NCBI GenBank assembly: GCA_017409845.1
Contig: JAFQRY010000023.1
Span: 4,006 to 36,005, forward strand
Direction: 5' to 3'
Length of the DNA: 32,000 bases
Source: Clostridia bacterium
Lineage (GTDB): Bacteria > Bacillota > Clostridia > Oscillospirales > Acutalibacteraceae
A program made the translations under genes and the position numbers. The notes beneath the pieces were generated by a model, which saw nothing but the letters and a program-made list of their open reading frames with translations, was not told the DNA's origin and made no database searches. This document shows positions 12,729 through 21,147 of this stretch, piece after piece (position 1 is the stretch's first letter; every line of letters begins with the position of its first letter).

Positions 12729-13910
12729 TCACTCCGAAATTCTGATTTTTGCAACCGTAATTTTATAGGTTGATTCATAACACGGAGGGTTGTTGATGTA
12801 GTAAAGCGTTGTTCCGTCTTCCGAGAAAAAGAGCGATGGACTGTAACCGCATTTTACGTAAGGATCATCGGTCTGATACGGAATGGGATTATCAATCGGA
12901 GCAAAGGTTTTGCCGTAATCAAAGCTGATGAACATATCCGCACCCGTGTCGCTTTGCCCTCTGACGGAGTGTTTGCCTGTAACAACAAGTGTTCCGCATT
13001 CACCGCCGACGGGTGACCACGCAACGCACGGAGATGAGCCGAAAGTTTTGCCGCCTGCGGAAACTATCTTGCCGTAATCCGAAACGTCGCCCCAATTATC
13101 GAGAGAAGTTGACCTCTTGCAATAAATCGGATTCATAAAAATACCGACCATCTCATAAACTATCAAGTATTCGCCGTTGCCCATCTTTGCAATCGAAATC
13201 ATACCCGGTCTGAGCGAAGAATCGGAACAGGCAACGCATTCAAACTTCTCGCTCCAATTAACAAGGTCGGTTGTGTATTTATAAACAAGCTTCTGCGAAT
13301 GCTCGGGGTCGGAATCGTCTGAATAGAAACAGAAAAGTCTGCCTGTTTCTTCTTCATAAATCAAATACGGTTCCCACACGCCCCACTCTATTCCGCCTGC
13401 TTTGTCAACGTTGCAGAAAGCGTTGAACGATTTGCCCGCATCGTTGCTTGAATAAAGGGTTATCGTGCTGTCGGTTACCCCTTCGCCGTATATTGACGTT
13501 GCGGCAAGAATGACCGTGCCCTTTTCAAAATCGCCGATATCCGCAGGCAACTCATAAAGGAACGGCATCCATTCGTTCCAGTAGCCTTCGTTAAGGTTGT
13601 CTTTCACCGTGCAGACGTATTGCCACGTTTCAGCATCATCGTTGCTCTCGTATATGGGATAAGTGTCGCCCCACTTCTCAAATGTTGCAAGCAATTTGCC
13701 GTTATCAGCTTCATTCTTCTGATAGCGGAGCTTTATGATTGAGGGATATTCAACCACGTTTGCGTTGTTATCCGCAGGAACGTATATATCGTTCACGGAC
13801 TCAATCTCAAACTCAATCGGCAGATGCTTATATTCAAAATTCAGACCTGCACTCGGAAACAGCGTTCCAAAAACCGTCAGCAACGCAAGCAAAAAACGAA
13901 AAAGAACCAT
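12729..13910 (-). CDS. secreted BNR/Asp-box beta-propeller protein (sialidase/GH93-like glycosidase superfamily)
   Basis: Signal peptide MVLFRFLLALLTVFGTLFPSAG. Repeated Asp-box-like S-x-D-x-G-x-(T/S)-(W/F) motifs: SNDDAETW, SSNDAGKSF, ISFDYGKTF. Confidence 0.7.
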   Translation of the reverse strand: MVLFRFLLALLTVFGTLFPSAGLNFEYKHLPIEFEIESVNDIYVPADNNANVVEYPSIIKLRYQKNEADNGKLLATFEKWGDTYPIYESNDDAETWQYVCTVKDNLNEGYWNEWMPFLYELPADIGDFEKGTVILAATSIYGEGVTDSTITLYSSNDAGKSFNAFCNVDKAGGIEWGVWEPYLIYEEETGRLFCFYSDDSDPEHSQKLVYKYTTDLVNWSEKFECVACSDSSLRPGMISIAKMGNGEYLIVYEMVGIFMNPIYCKRSTSLDNWGDVSDYGKIVSAGGKTFGSSPCVAWSPVGGECGTLVVTGKHSVRGQSDTGADMFISFDYGKTFAPIDNPIPYQTDDPYVKCGYSPSLFFSEDGTTLYYINNPPCYESTYKITVAKIRISE

Positions 13911-13943
13911 TTTATCAGCCCCATTATTTAAAAATATGGATAC

Positions 13944-13971
13944 ATTATATCACAAAAGTGTTCCTTTGCAA
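13944..13971 (-). promoter_or_regulatory. sigma-70-like promoter with extended -10 for the BNR gene
   Basis: On the minus strand: TTGCAA (13971-13966), 16-nt spacer, TGaTATAAT (-10 hexamer at 13949-13944). Confidence 0.55.
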
Positions 13972-13992
13972 CAGGTTGCATACTGAAAACAC

Positions 13993-14027
13993 ACAAGCTC
14001 CGCAGAAAAAAACTCTGCGGAGCTTGT
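13993..14027 (-). terminator. terminator after the small ICE-type gene
   Basis: Perfect 13-bp stem ACAAGCTCCGCAG / CTGCGGAGCTTGT, followed on the minus strand by GTGTTTTC. Confidence 0.7.
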
Positions 14028-14065
14028 TATGTCATGACCCTCGAAACGAAAGGAGGAGGAAACTA

Positions 14066-14326
14066 TCATCTGAATGTATCGTGTGCAAAATTTGCACCGA
14101 GACGAAAACCGGAAACGAAAGCATCGGTGAGGATTCGGCTTGTGAATTCAATGTATTTGTCCGTGTATTTCAGAAACAACGCTTTTTCATCACCTGTCAG
14201 CTTATCTGAAATCTGCTTTTCAAGCTCGGTCAAGTCATTCAGTTTCTTCTTCAATTCCGCACCGAATTCAGGGCTGTAAGCCTGTGCATCAATGTTTCCG
14301 TAATATAAATCTTCAATAAAACTCAT
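14066..14326 (-). CDS. small (86 aa) ICE/transposon-associated hypothetical protein; intact paralogue of the pseudogene at 2635..2903
   Basis: MSFIEDLYYGNIDAQ...FVSGFRLGANFAHDTF aligns along its length with the two frames of 2635-2903. The start was chosen at the internal ATG (14326) by homology to the paralogue start. Confidence 0.7.
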   Translation of the reverse strand: MSFIEDLYYGNIDAQAYSPEFGAELKKKLNDLTELEKQISDKLTGDEKALFLKYTDKYIEFTSRILTDAFVSGFRLGANFAHDTFR

Positions 14327-14449
14327 AAAATCTCCGTTCCGATAATTATTGTTTCTTCTGTAGAATATTATATCGGATTTCATGGCTCACGTCACGTTTC
14401 AAAGCGCACAATCTTTAACGCGAATTCAGCATTATGGCCTCTGTAGCGC

Positions 14450-14477
14450 ACAAAAGCCCGTAGCAATGACGGGCTTT
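14450..14477 (-). terminator. rho-independent terminator after the esterase gene
   Basis: On the minus strand, AAAGCCCG-loop-CGGGCTTT followed by TGTG (TTTTGTG overall). Confidence 0.7.
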
Positions 14478-14485
14478 CCAGACTG

Positions 14486-15505
14486 TTAACCCAAAATCGG
14501 TCTGACTAAGTTTCTGAATATAATGTAGACTGTCATAATCGGAGCCTTGATTATATTCAGAATGTTGAATACAGGCTTGATTTCGCTGTTGTCTGTTTCG
14601 GGATTATAATGCGAAGAATGAGCCATCAGCCACGAAATCATTCCTTCAGGATACGAAAGAACAACCTCGTTTCCGTTTCCGTCAACAGTTGCCATATGAG
14701 GATAAGCTCCGTTATCCGTGGTGAACATATCTGCCGTTACAGCTTCCCATGAATAATGCTCTGTCGGAGCTCGTGAACCGTCAGGAAGGCAAACCTTGCT
14801 CAAAGTTGAAAATCTGCATTCCTGCAAAACGTTTGACGTTGAGCAGATATTCTCCCAGTTGTTAACCGTTCCGCTGTAGCTGACAAGGTGGTCTTTTTTG
14901 CCTGCAACCATCCAAACGGGAACGTCTGCAAACTTTTCAGCATCCTGCTCAGAAACTGATATATAAGGACAAACAGGAAAGATTGCGGCAAACATATCAG
15001 GATAATTGATTGCCATTTTATACGACATCATACCGCCGAGAGAAAATCCACCCATATAGATCTTAGTTGCGTCAATGTGCTCACGGTTCTTTTCGATGAA
15101 ATCGTCAATAGCCGCTTTTAGGGGTGCGATCATATCATCGTCCCAAGATAGTCCGATGTGTTCCGGTGACCTTACAGCCATAATATAAAATCCGTTTTCG
15201 GAACGGGACTGATACTCATCCGATGACCAGTTTACGATATCGTTTGATTTTATCTGGAAACCGTCATACTGTCCGTGAGACTGACCGTGTGCCCAGATAA
15301 CAAGCGGATGCTTTGAGCCTTCGCTTGTTTCAGGTGCATAATATCTGTAATCAACAGAATAAAGACCTGTTTTAGGTTCTTTTCCGTATTCAAACTGCTC
15401 TCTGAGTGCCTCTTTGGATTCGCTGATTGAAACAGCACTCACTGTTGTTGCAAACGATGAAACCATCATTATTGATGCCAGTAATAATGCGATAATTTTT
15501 TTCAT
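14486..15505 (-). CDS. secreted alpha/beta-hydrolase (esterase/lipase-like) with a C-terminal hydrophobic tail
   Basis: Signal peptide MKKIIALLLASIMMVSSFATTVSA. Nucleophile elbow G-F-S-L-G-G (GxSxG). Only 27 nt separate it from the hsdR stop, with no terminator between. Confidence 0.8.
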   Translation of the reverse strand: MKKIIALLLASIMMVSSFATTVSAVSISESKEALREQFEYGKEPKTGLYSVDYRYYAPETSEGSKHPLVIWAHGQSHGQYDGFQIKSNDIVNWSSDEYQSRSENGFYIMAVRSPEHIGLSWDDDMIAPLKAAIDDFIEKNREHIDATKIYMGGFSLGGMMSYKMAINYPDMFAAIFPVCPYISVSEQDAEKFADVPVWMVAGKKDHLVSYSGTVNNWENICSTSNVLQECRFSTLSKVCLPDGSRAPTEHYSWEAVTADMFTTDNGAYPHMATVDGNGNEVVLSYPEGMISWLMAHSSHYNPETDNSEIKPVFNILNIIKAPIMTVYIIFRNLVRPILG

Positions 15506-15532
15506 AGGACATCTCTTTTCTGAATAGAAATC

Positions 15533-18500
15533 TTAAGCCGCTGCATTCGCATTTATTTGGTCAATAATTCTTTTTATGCCAAGCCATACGGAAACATCAG
15601 TGAAAATATCAACAATGCTGCCTTGGTCGGAGAACGGTGTTTCTTTAAGCACAGAAAGATCTTTCATCATACCGTTGCGAACGATATACTCAACAATCTG
15701 ATTGACGAAATAAATCTGTCTGCTGTCAAGACTTGAACTGTTGAGATATTCAGCAAAAGCTTCTTTTGCGGCATTCATATCAAGTCCGACTATACCTCTG
15801 ACAAATTCGCCGAGAGGAACAGAGCCATAGTTTGCTTCGTAATCCTCTTTTGAACCTACTTCGCTCCAGAGGATTTCTTCGAGAGCCTTCACGTCGTCTG
15901 CATTGAGGGGAACATTGCTCTTCAGCTTCGCAATAACCTCGTTATCCTGATGCTGACGGATATAAAACTCTGCCTTTGCTTTGTAATCCTGCAAATCGTC
16001 ATTCTCAAGCTCGGATTCGTTCCAATCTATTGATATGATTTCATCATCAAATGTTGTTGTGTAGGTCGGGTGTGAAACAATAATATATTTAATCAAATCA
16101 CGCAGGTTTTCTCTGATATTTTCAAACTCATTGATGCCTGCGGTTTCAACGTAATCCGTATGCAGAATCTTATTTATCAGATCGTGCTGTGACATGATTT
16201 CGGGAATATTTGCTGTATTGGCAAGTGCATTAACCTTTTTAACAAGATCATTTCTTGCTTTGGAATACTTTTTGCCAACAAGATATGCGAGCTCGATTCC
16301 GTAGATAAGAGCATCGAATCGCAAAGCCTTCGCATCGTCTTCGTCGGGAATAACAAGCGGTGCGATTTCTTCTTTTATTTCGAGAGTATTCTCATATGTA
16401 AGCACATTGTAGTTATCGGGATTTGAGTAGAAATCAACATAACGGAGATGCTGTTTAACCGAAAAACTCTCTCTGTTAAGCTCCCTGACTTTGCGGACCA
16501 TATCTTCAACAAGCAGTTTTCTGAATGCGATAAGCTCGTTTGTCTGGTAATCCATATCCTGCAATTTATAGGCAATTTGTGCTTTGAGGTTGAATATTGC
16601 ACTCTGCAATGCAACGGCACTTGTTGTCTTGCCTTTGCCGCCCATTCTGAAGAATTCGAAGTTTCCGCAGAAATCGAAGATATAGAATATCTTTTTATCT
16701 TCGCCGTCGATGAGACTCGGGCAAAGACGGGTGCCTCTGCCGACCATCTGCCAGAACTTCGCTTTACTCATAACCTTCTTGAAGAAAACGAGATTCAGCA
16801 CTTCGGGCACGTCAATACCCGTATCAAGCATATCAACGGAAATTGCAATCTGTGGCAGTTTTTTTGGGTCGCTGAAATCATCAATTGCACTCTGTGCATA
16901 GTTGGTGTAATTATCAATCACCATTGCGTAGCCGTTGAGGTGAGGATATTCCTTGTTGAATATTTCAAGGATTTTTTCGGCGTGCTGATGGCTTTTTGCA
17001 AAAATGATTGACTTGCCGATTTTATTGCCGTAATCAATTTTCAGTCCGTGAGTCATAAGAACGTTGAGAACTTCACGGATTGTATCTTCGTTGAACACCC
17101 ATTCATTGAGTGCTGATGAATTGATTTTATCAGGCAATTCGCCGTTTTCATTTTCAAACGTGTTTTCGTATTCCTCTTTGTCTTCATCGGAAAGCTCGTC
17201 ATAAACGATGCCTTCTTCGATGAATTTGAGCTTTGTTTCAACGGACATAAAATCAACCAGATATCCGTCGGCAACAGCCTGTGCAAGCTCATAGGCATAG
17301 GTGGGAATACCGCTTTGCAGATTGAAAATTTCATATGTATTCTTTTCAATTTCGTCTTTCGGTGTAGCGGTAAGACCCACAAGAGGAGCATCGAAATAGT
17401 TGAAAATATCTTTGTATTTATTATAAACTGAACGGTGTGCTTCGTCGCAGATGATAAGGTCAAAATGTCCGCAGGTGAAAAGCTTGCCTTCATCGTCTTT
17501 AATATTATCAATGCAGTTGAACATCGTCTGATATGTTGAGAAAACGCAATGAGCATTGTAGTTTTCTTTATCGGTGCAAAGATTCGTGACCGAGAAATTC
17601 GGAAGAAGATTCACAAACGCACGCTTTGCCTGTGTGACAAGCGAAGTTCTGTCCGCAAGGAAAAGAACGTTCTTGACCCAGCCGTGATTGAGAAGCACTT
17701 TTGTGAGGGCAATAACCGTTCTCGTCTTACCCGAACCCGTAGCCATAACGAGCAGAGCCTTGCGGCGATTTTTGCCGTCAAAGCTGTCGCATACAGCACG
17801 GATTGCGCCTTCCTGATAATATCTGCCTGCGATTGCAGGGTCAACGGTGATATTCTTAAGGCTTGTCCTCATTGAACGCAGATTAAACATCTTTTCAAGG
17901 TCACGCTTTGAATAGATAGCGGCAACCTTTCTTTCGGGATACTGACCGTCAACGATTCTTGTATCAAAGCCGTTTGTGAGGAAGATTGCAGGGCGTCTGC
18001 CGTATTTCTTTTCGATTATATCGGCATAGAGTTTTGCCTGCTGTCTGCCGACGGCAACATCCTTGCAGGTGCGTTTTGCCTCAATAACAGCAAGGGGTTT
18101 GCCGTCATCGCCGTAAAGCACGTAATCGGCATAGCCTACGCCTGCGTTGTTGGGCATACCTTCAAGCTCAACCTCATTGAGCCAGTTTTTGCCTTCAATC
18201 CAGCCTGCATCAACGAGCATTGCATCAATATATATCTTGCGTGTCTGATACTCTGTGAGATCAAGAGGCTTTGGAACATAATTCTGCTGCTGTTCCTCAC
18301 GGCGGGCGGTGAGCTGTTCTTTGAGAGCTTTGTTTTCGGCAAGAAGCTGTTCAAAATTGATTTCAACCGCATTATCAATGAGAGTTTCGGTGTGTTTCTG
18401 AATAAGAGAAGCATCGAAGGTTCTTTCTTCATATTCGGCACCGTAGCAGCAGGCAACGAAATCCATAAAGATAAAAAGGTTTTCAAGGCAAAGCTCCGCC

Positions 18501-18817
18501 TGCCCGGCAGAAATCTTTTTGCCCTGATGGGCGGCGTTGTTGCCAAGCTTTCTGATAAGCTCCATCCTGCGCCATACGTCGTCGCTGACGATATCACGGA
18601 ACTCATCGGTATTCATTAAATTGACGAGGCTGTCCTGCCACGGGAGAACAAGCTCCTTATCGACGGAATACATCCATTTGACTGCAAACTCCATGGCACG
18701 GCGGCAGTTGATAACGGCAGCCGCCGCATCGATATGTAAAATCTTTTCCGCCGAAACCGCAACAGACGAAAAACTGTCAAACTGCGGATCTTGCGTAAGA
18801 AAATCAAAGTTGGTCAT
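15533..18817 (-). CDS. hsdR: type I restriction enzyme R subunit (HsdR) with an N-terminal DUF4145/HEPN-like module and an EcoEI-type C-terminal domain
   Basis: AGGTGA RBS. Nuclease/helicase motifs include MATGSGKT (Walker A) and the DEAH box (ICDEAHRS). N-terminal ...IRKLGNNAAHQ... module. 1094 aa. Confidence 0.95.
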   Translation of the reverse strand: MTNFDFLTQDPQFDSFSSVAVSAEKILHIDAAAAVINCRRAMEFAVKWMYSVDKELVLPWQDSLVNLMNTDEFRDIVSDDVWRRMELIRKLGNNAAHQGKKISAGQAELCLENLFIFMDFVACCYGAEYEERTFDASLIQKHTETLIDNAVEINFEQLLAENKALKEQLTARREEQQQNYVPKPLDLTEYQTRKIYIDAMLVDAGWIEGKNWLNEVELEGMPNNAGVGYADYVLYGDDGKPLAVIEAKRTCKDVAVGRQQAKLYADIIEKKYGRRPAIFLTNGFDTRIVDGQYPERKVAAIYSKRDLEKMFNLRSMRTSLKNITVDPAIAGRYYQEGAIRAVCDSFDGKNRRKALLVMATGSGKTRTVIALTKVLLNHGWVKNVLFLADRTSLVTQAKRAFVNLLPNFSVTNLCTDKENYNAHCVFSTYQTMFNCIDNIKDDEGKLFTCGHFDLIICDEAHRSVYNKYKDIFNYFDAPLVGLTATPKDEIEKNTYEIFNLQSGIPTYAYELAQAVADGYLVDFMSVETKLKFIEEGIVYDELSDEDKEEYENTFENENGELPDKINSSALNEWVFNEDTIREVLNVLMTHGLKIDYGNKIGKSIIFAKSHQHAEKILEIFNKEYPHLNGYAMVIDNYTNYAQSAIDDFSDPKKLPQIAISVDMLDTGIDVPEVLNLVFFKKVMSKAKFWQMVGRGTRLCPSLIDGEDKKIFYIFDFCGNFEFFRMGGKGKTTSAVALQSAIFNLKAQIAYKLQDMDYQTNELIAFRKLLVEDMVRKVRELNRESFSVKQHLRYVDFYSNPDNYNVLTYENTLEIKEEIAPLVIPDEDDAKALRFDALIYGIELAYLVGKKYSKARNDLVKKVNALANTANIPEIMSQHDLINKILHTDYVETAGINEFENIRENLRDLIKYIIVSHPTYTTTFDDEIISIDWNESELENDDLQDYKAKAEFYIRQHQDNEVIAKLKSNVPLNADDVKALEEILWSEVGSKEDYEANYGSVPLGEFVRGIVGLDMNAAKEAFAEYLNSSSLDSRQIYFVNQIVEYIVRNGMMKDLSVLKETPFSDQGSIVDIFTDVSVWLGIKRIIDQINANAAA

Positions 18818-18843
18818 AGTTTCACCTGCTTATTTATAAACAA

Positions 18844-19578
18844 TTAGAAAATTGTCTTTATTATTCTTTCTGTTCCCGAAATCAATTCTTCGACTTCCTC
18901 TTTTGTTGGTTCTCTATCTTTGTTGTGATCACACAGATTTCTTAAGTCGCCGAGTCTTTGGATTCTTCTCCACTCTATTGTATCATAAACATTGTCTTTA
19001 AGAACTTCGTTATAGTCTGCTATTGTGGGGCTTTTCTTTTTTGTCGTTATATGATGGTTTTGGCATACAATTGAAAAGTGTTTTTCGATCAATACTCCGC
19101 AAACAGCACCTGCTGCACGAAAAAATCCTCTTTTAAGCAAATGTTTTGCCGAGTCAATTTCGGAGTCAAAAATATCTGCTTGTAAAAGGGTTTGAATATT
19201 GTATATTTTACTATCAAATGTATCTAAACATCCACATAGAATTTTATGCTGGCTATATATACAAGACAAAGCGTTAGGGGGGCCATAGGTTCTCCTACTG
19301 TTTCCGATTCCTCTCAAAGCATCCGAAACGGTATAGCTGGAAACATCCAACACTTTTCTCCTGTCATTTTTATAGAATAAAACAAAATCATTTAATCTTT
19401 CTGGTAACAGTGTTTTAACAACTGCGATAGCTTTTGAATACCAAACTTCATAGTTTAAGTAGAAATAACCATAGTCTGAACACTCACCATTTTTATCAGA
19501 TTCAATTGCTTTACATAATTTATACCCTTCGTCTGTCAATTCTTTTAATTCTTTTTTCATGTCTTCATACTTGTTCAT
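18844..19578 (-). CDS. hypothetical protein with a C-terminal HEPN-like domain (R-N-x3-H motif), embedded between hsdS and hsdR
   Basis: ATG 19578 is preceded by GAGGTGA, which overlaps the end of hsdS. The C-terminus reads ...RRIQRLGDLRNLCDHNKDREPTKEEVEELISGTERIIKTIF, with Rx4H at nt 18925-18942. The stop lies 26 nt before the hsdR start. Confidence 0.6.
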   Translation of the reverse strand: MNKYEDMKKELKELTDEGYKLCKAIESDKNGECSDYGYFYLNYEVWYSKAIAVVKTLLPERLNDFVLFYKNDRRKVLDVSSYTVSDALRGIGNSRRTYGPPNALSCIYSQHKILCGCLDTFDSKIYNIQTLLQADIFDSEIDSAKHLLKRGFFRAAGAVCGVLIEKHFSIVCQNHHITTKKKSPTIADYNEVLKDNVYDTIEWRRIQRLGDLRNLCDHNKDREPTKEEVEELISGTERIIKTIF

Positions 19579-19588
19579 ATTTATCACC

Positions 19589-20689
19589 TCATCCGAAATA
19601 TTGTTGCATTAAGCTGTCAAACAGGGTTTGTGATTCGTCAAGAGCTTTCTGCACAGCAAATTTTGATTTATCGACTTGTTCAACAAAGGCTGCAAATTGG
19701 TTTTGAAGGTCGATTGGCGGGATAGGCATATCTATTTTCAACAAATCTGCTTTTGTTAAACTTGGTATTGTAACAGCTTTATTTAATATCTCAAAATCAA
19801 AAAGAATGCAGTATAAATACAAATAGTCAACTAACAACACATCTGGTTTTGGTTCTAAGCCGAAAGCGGTATCGACATTCCAATATTTTTCTCGCATTAA
19901 AATAGGCTTATTAATGTTTCCTTTTCTTCCTATTATAACAGAATTCTCTTTTGTAATATAATCATCTGCATATCCCATTACTCCACCACTACCACAAATA
20001 GGATACTGTCCGTTGGGATTTTCAACATTCTTTTGATTTCTACCGTTTTTTACAGACAAAACATCTGCCCAAGTATAAGTTTCCCAAGATTGAGTGTTTG
20101 TGATAACGTCGCCAAACATCTCGACAAATCGGGCTTTAACGAGTTCATCAAGTTTGGCAAGTTGTTGTTTTCTCATTTCAATCAAGGTGTCTATTTTTTC
20201 TAAAACACCTACAATCTTGAGTTGCTCATTAAGTGGAACAGAGGGAAAAGATAGCTCCTTCAATGCTGAAACTGTAAAACTTGCTTGATTAACCGATTTT
20301 TTTGTTATATTGGGAATCTGTCTTAAAAATGACTGTGACGAAAAGTAATAAAATGCGTATTTGCTTATAACACAATCTGTATTCGGCCTCAACAAAAGAA
20401 GATTCATTCCATGAATAACTTCTTCCCTATCATTTTTTTGATAAAGAGCTGTTTTAGCAAGATGTTTTTCGCTGTTTATATGCGACATCAAAATATCTCC
20501 GTCTTGCAAAACATAATCACGATATTTCGATAAATCATTTATGCCTGCATAGCCCATTTTGTTACGGTCAACAGTTCGATTCGATATTGTTTCTATTCTT
20601 GTTATGGGATAACCTGAATCATCTAATCCCTGTTTGATATTCGCACCATTTCTTATAAGTGCAAAAAAGTCACCTAATCTCGCCATCAT
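19589..20689 (-). CDS. hsdS: type I R-M specificity subunit (HsdS), two target-recognition domains
   Basis: Bipartite architecture with a conserved central helix (LNEQLKIVGVLEKIDTLIEMRKQQLAKLDELVKARF) and a C-terminal helix (LQNQFAAFVEQVDKSKFAVQKALDESQTLFDSLMQQYF). Its ATG overlaps the upstream stop (ATGA). Confidence 0.9.
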   Translation of the reverse strand: MMARLGDFFALIRNGANIKQGLDDSGYPITRIETISNRTVDRNKMGYAGINDLSKYRDYVLQDGDILMSHINSEKHLAKTALYQKNDREEVIHGMNLLLLRPNTDCVISKYAFYYFSSQSFLRQIPNITKKSVNQASFTVSALKELSFPSVPLNEQLKIVGVLEKIDTLIEMRKQQLAKLDELVKARFVEMFGDVITNTQSWETYTWADVLSVKNGRNQKNVENPNGQYPICGSGGVMGYADDYITKENSVIIGRKGNINKPILMREKYWNVDTAFGLEPKPDVLLVDYLYLYCILFDFEILNKAVTIPSLTKADLLKIDMPIPPIDLQNQFAAFVEQVDKSKFAVQKALDESQTLFDSLMQQYFG

Positions 20690-21147
20690 CCTACCTCTTT
20701 AAACAATGCTATCAGTGCAACGATTAATGCAAACATTGACATAGTGTTCGAAAAAACTGTTGCAACATAATTTTTATCTTGTTCTCCATCCAAATCCTTA
20801 GCGGCCAAAAAAGTAAAAGCTGCCAATAAAAGAAGAAAAAATGCCCCTATTATGCTTATAGCTATCTCAATTAATGGCTTGTATTCTGCAGAATTAAATT
20901 CAAAAGTGAGTTTTATTCCTACAGCAAAAAGCCCTAAAGATGTCAGCAAGCAAAGAATAGAAAAACCATAAAGCAGACAAGTCGCAATGAACTTCATCCA
21001 TTCTCTCGAACTGCTGTATTCAGCATTTTCATCATATTGTGTTTTTTTGTTTGCATTAACAATAGCATGAGCAAGCTTGTCATAATCTATTTCAATATTT
21101 ACAGAATCAATATTATTAACAACAGTATTTCGCTTTTTCTTTGCCAT
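20686..21147 (-). CDS. 153-aa predicted integral membrane protein (3-4 TM segments), no family recognised, embedded between hsdM and hsdS
   Basis: Its start overlaps the hsdM stop (TAATG at 21149-21145) and its stop overlaps the hsdS start (ATGA at 20689-20686). Hydrophobic segments: FIATCLLYGFSILCLLTSLGLFAVGI, LIEIAISIIGAFFLLLLAAFTFLAA, MSMFALIVALIALF. Confidence 0.7.
   Translation of the reverse strand: MAKKKRNTVVNNIDSVNIEIDYDKLAHAIVNANKKTQYDENAEYSSSREWMKFIATCLLYGFSILCLLTSLGLFAVGIKLTFEFNSAEYKPLIEIAISIIGAFFLLLLAAFTFLAAKDLDGEQDKNYVATVFSNTMSMFALIVALIALFKEVG

Noticed and set aside
16375-18839. ORFs inside or antisense to hsdR (16448-17011 +, 17053-17556 -, 18136-18606 - and others). Similar cases occur inside hsdM, hsdS, fic, the GRE and the HipA-like gene (for example 28902-29567 -, 11937-12380 +, 22320-22742 +).
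   Set aside because: They overlap genes with unambiguous family motifs, and no RBS or domain signal is visible.
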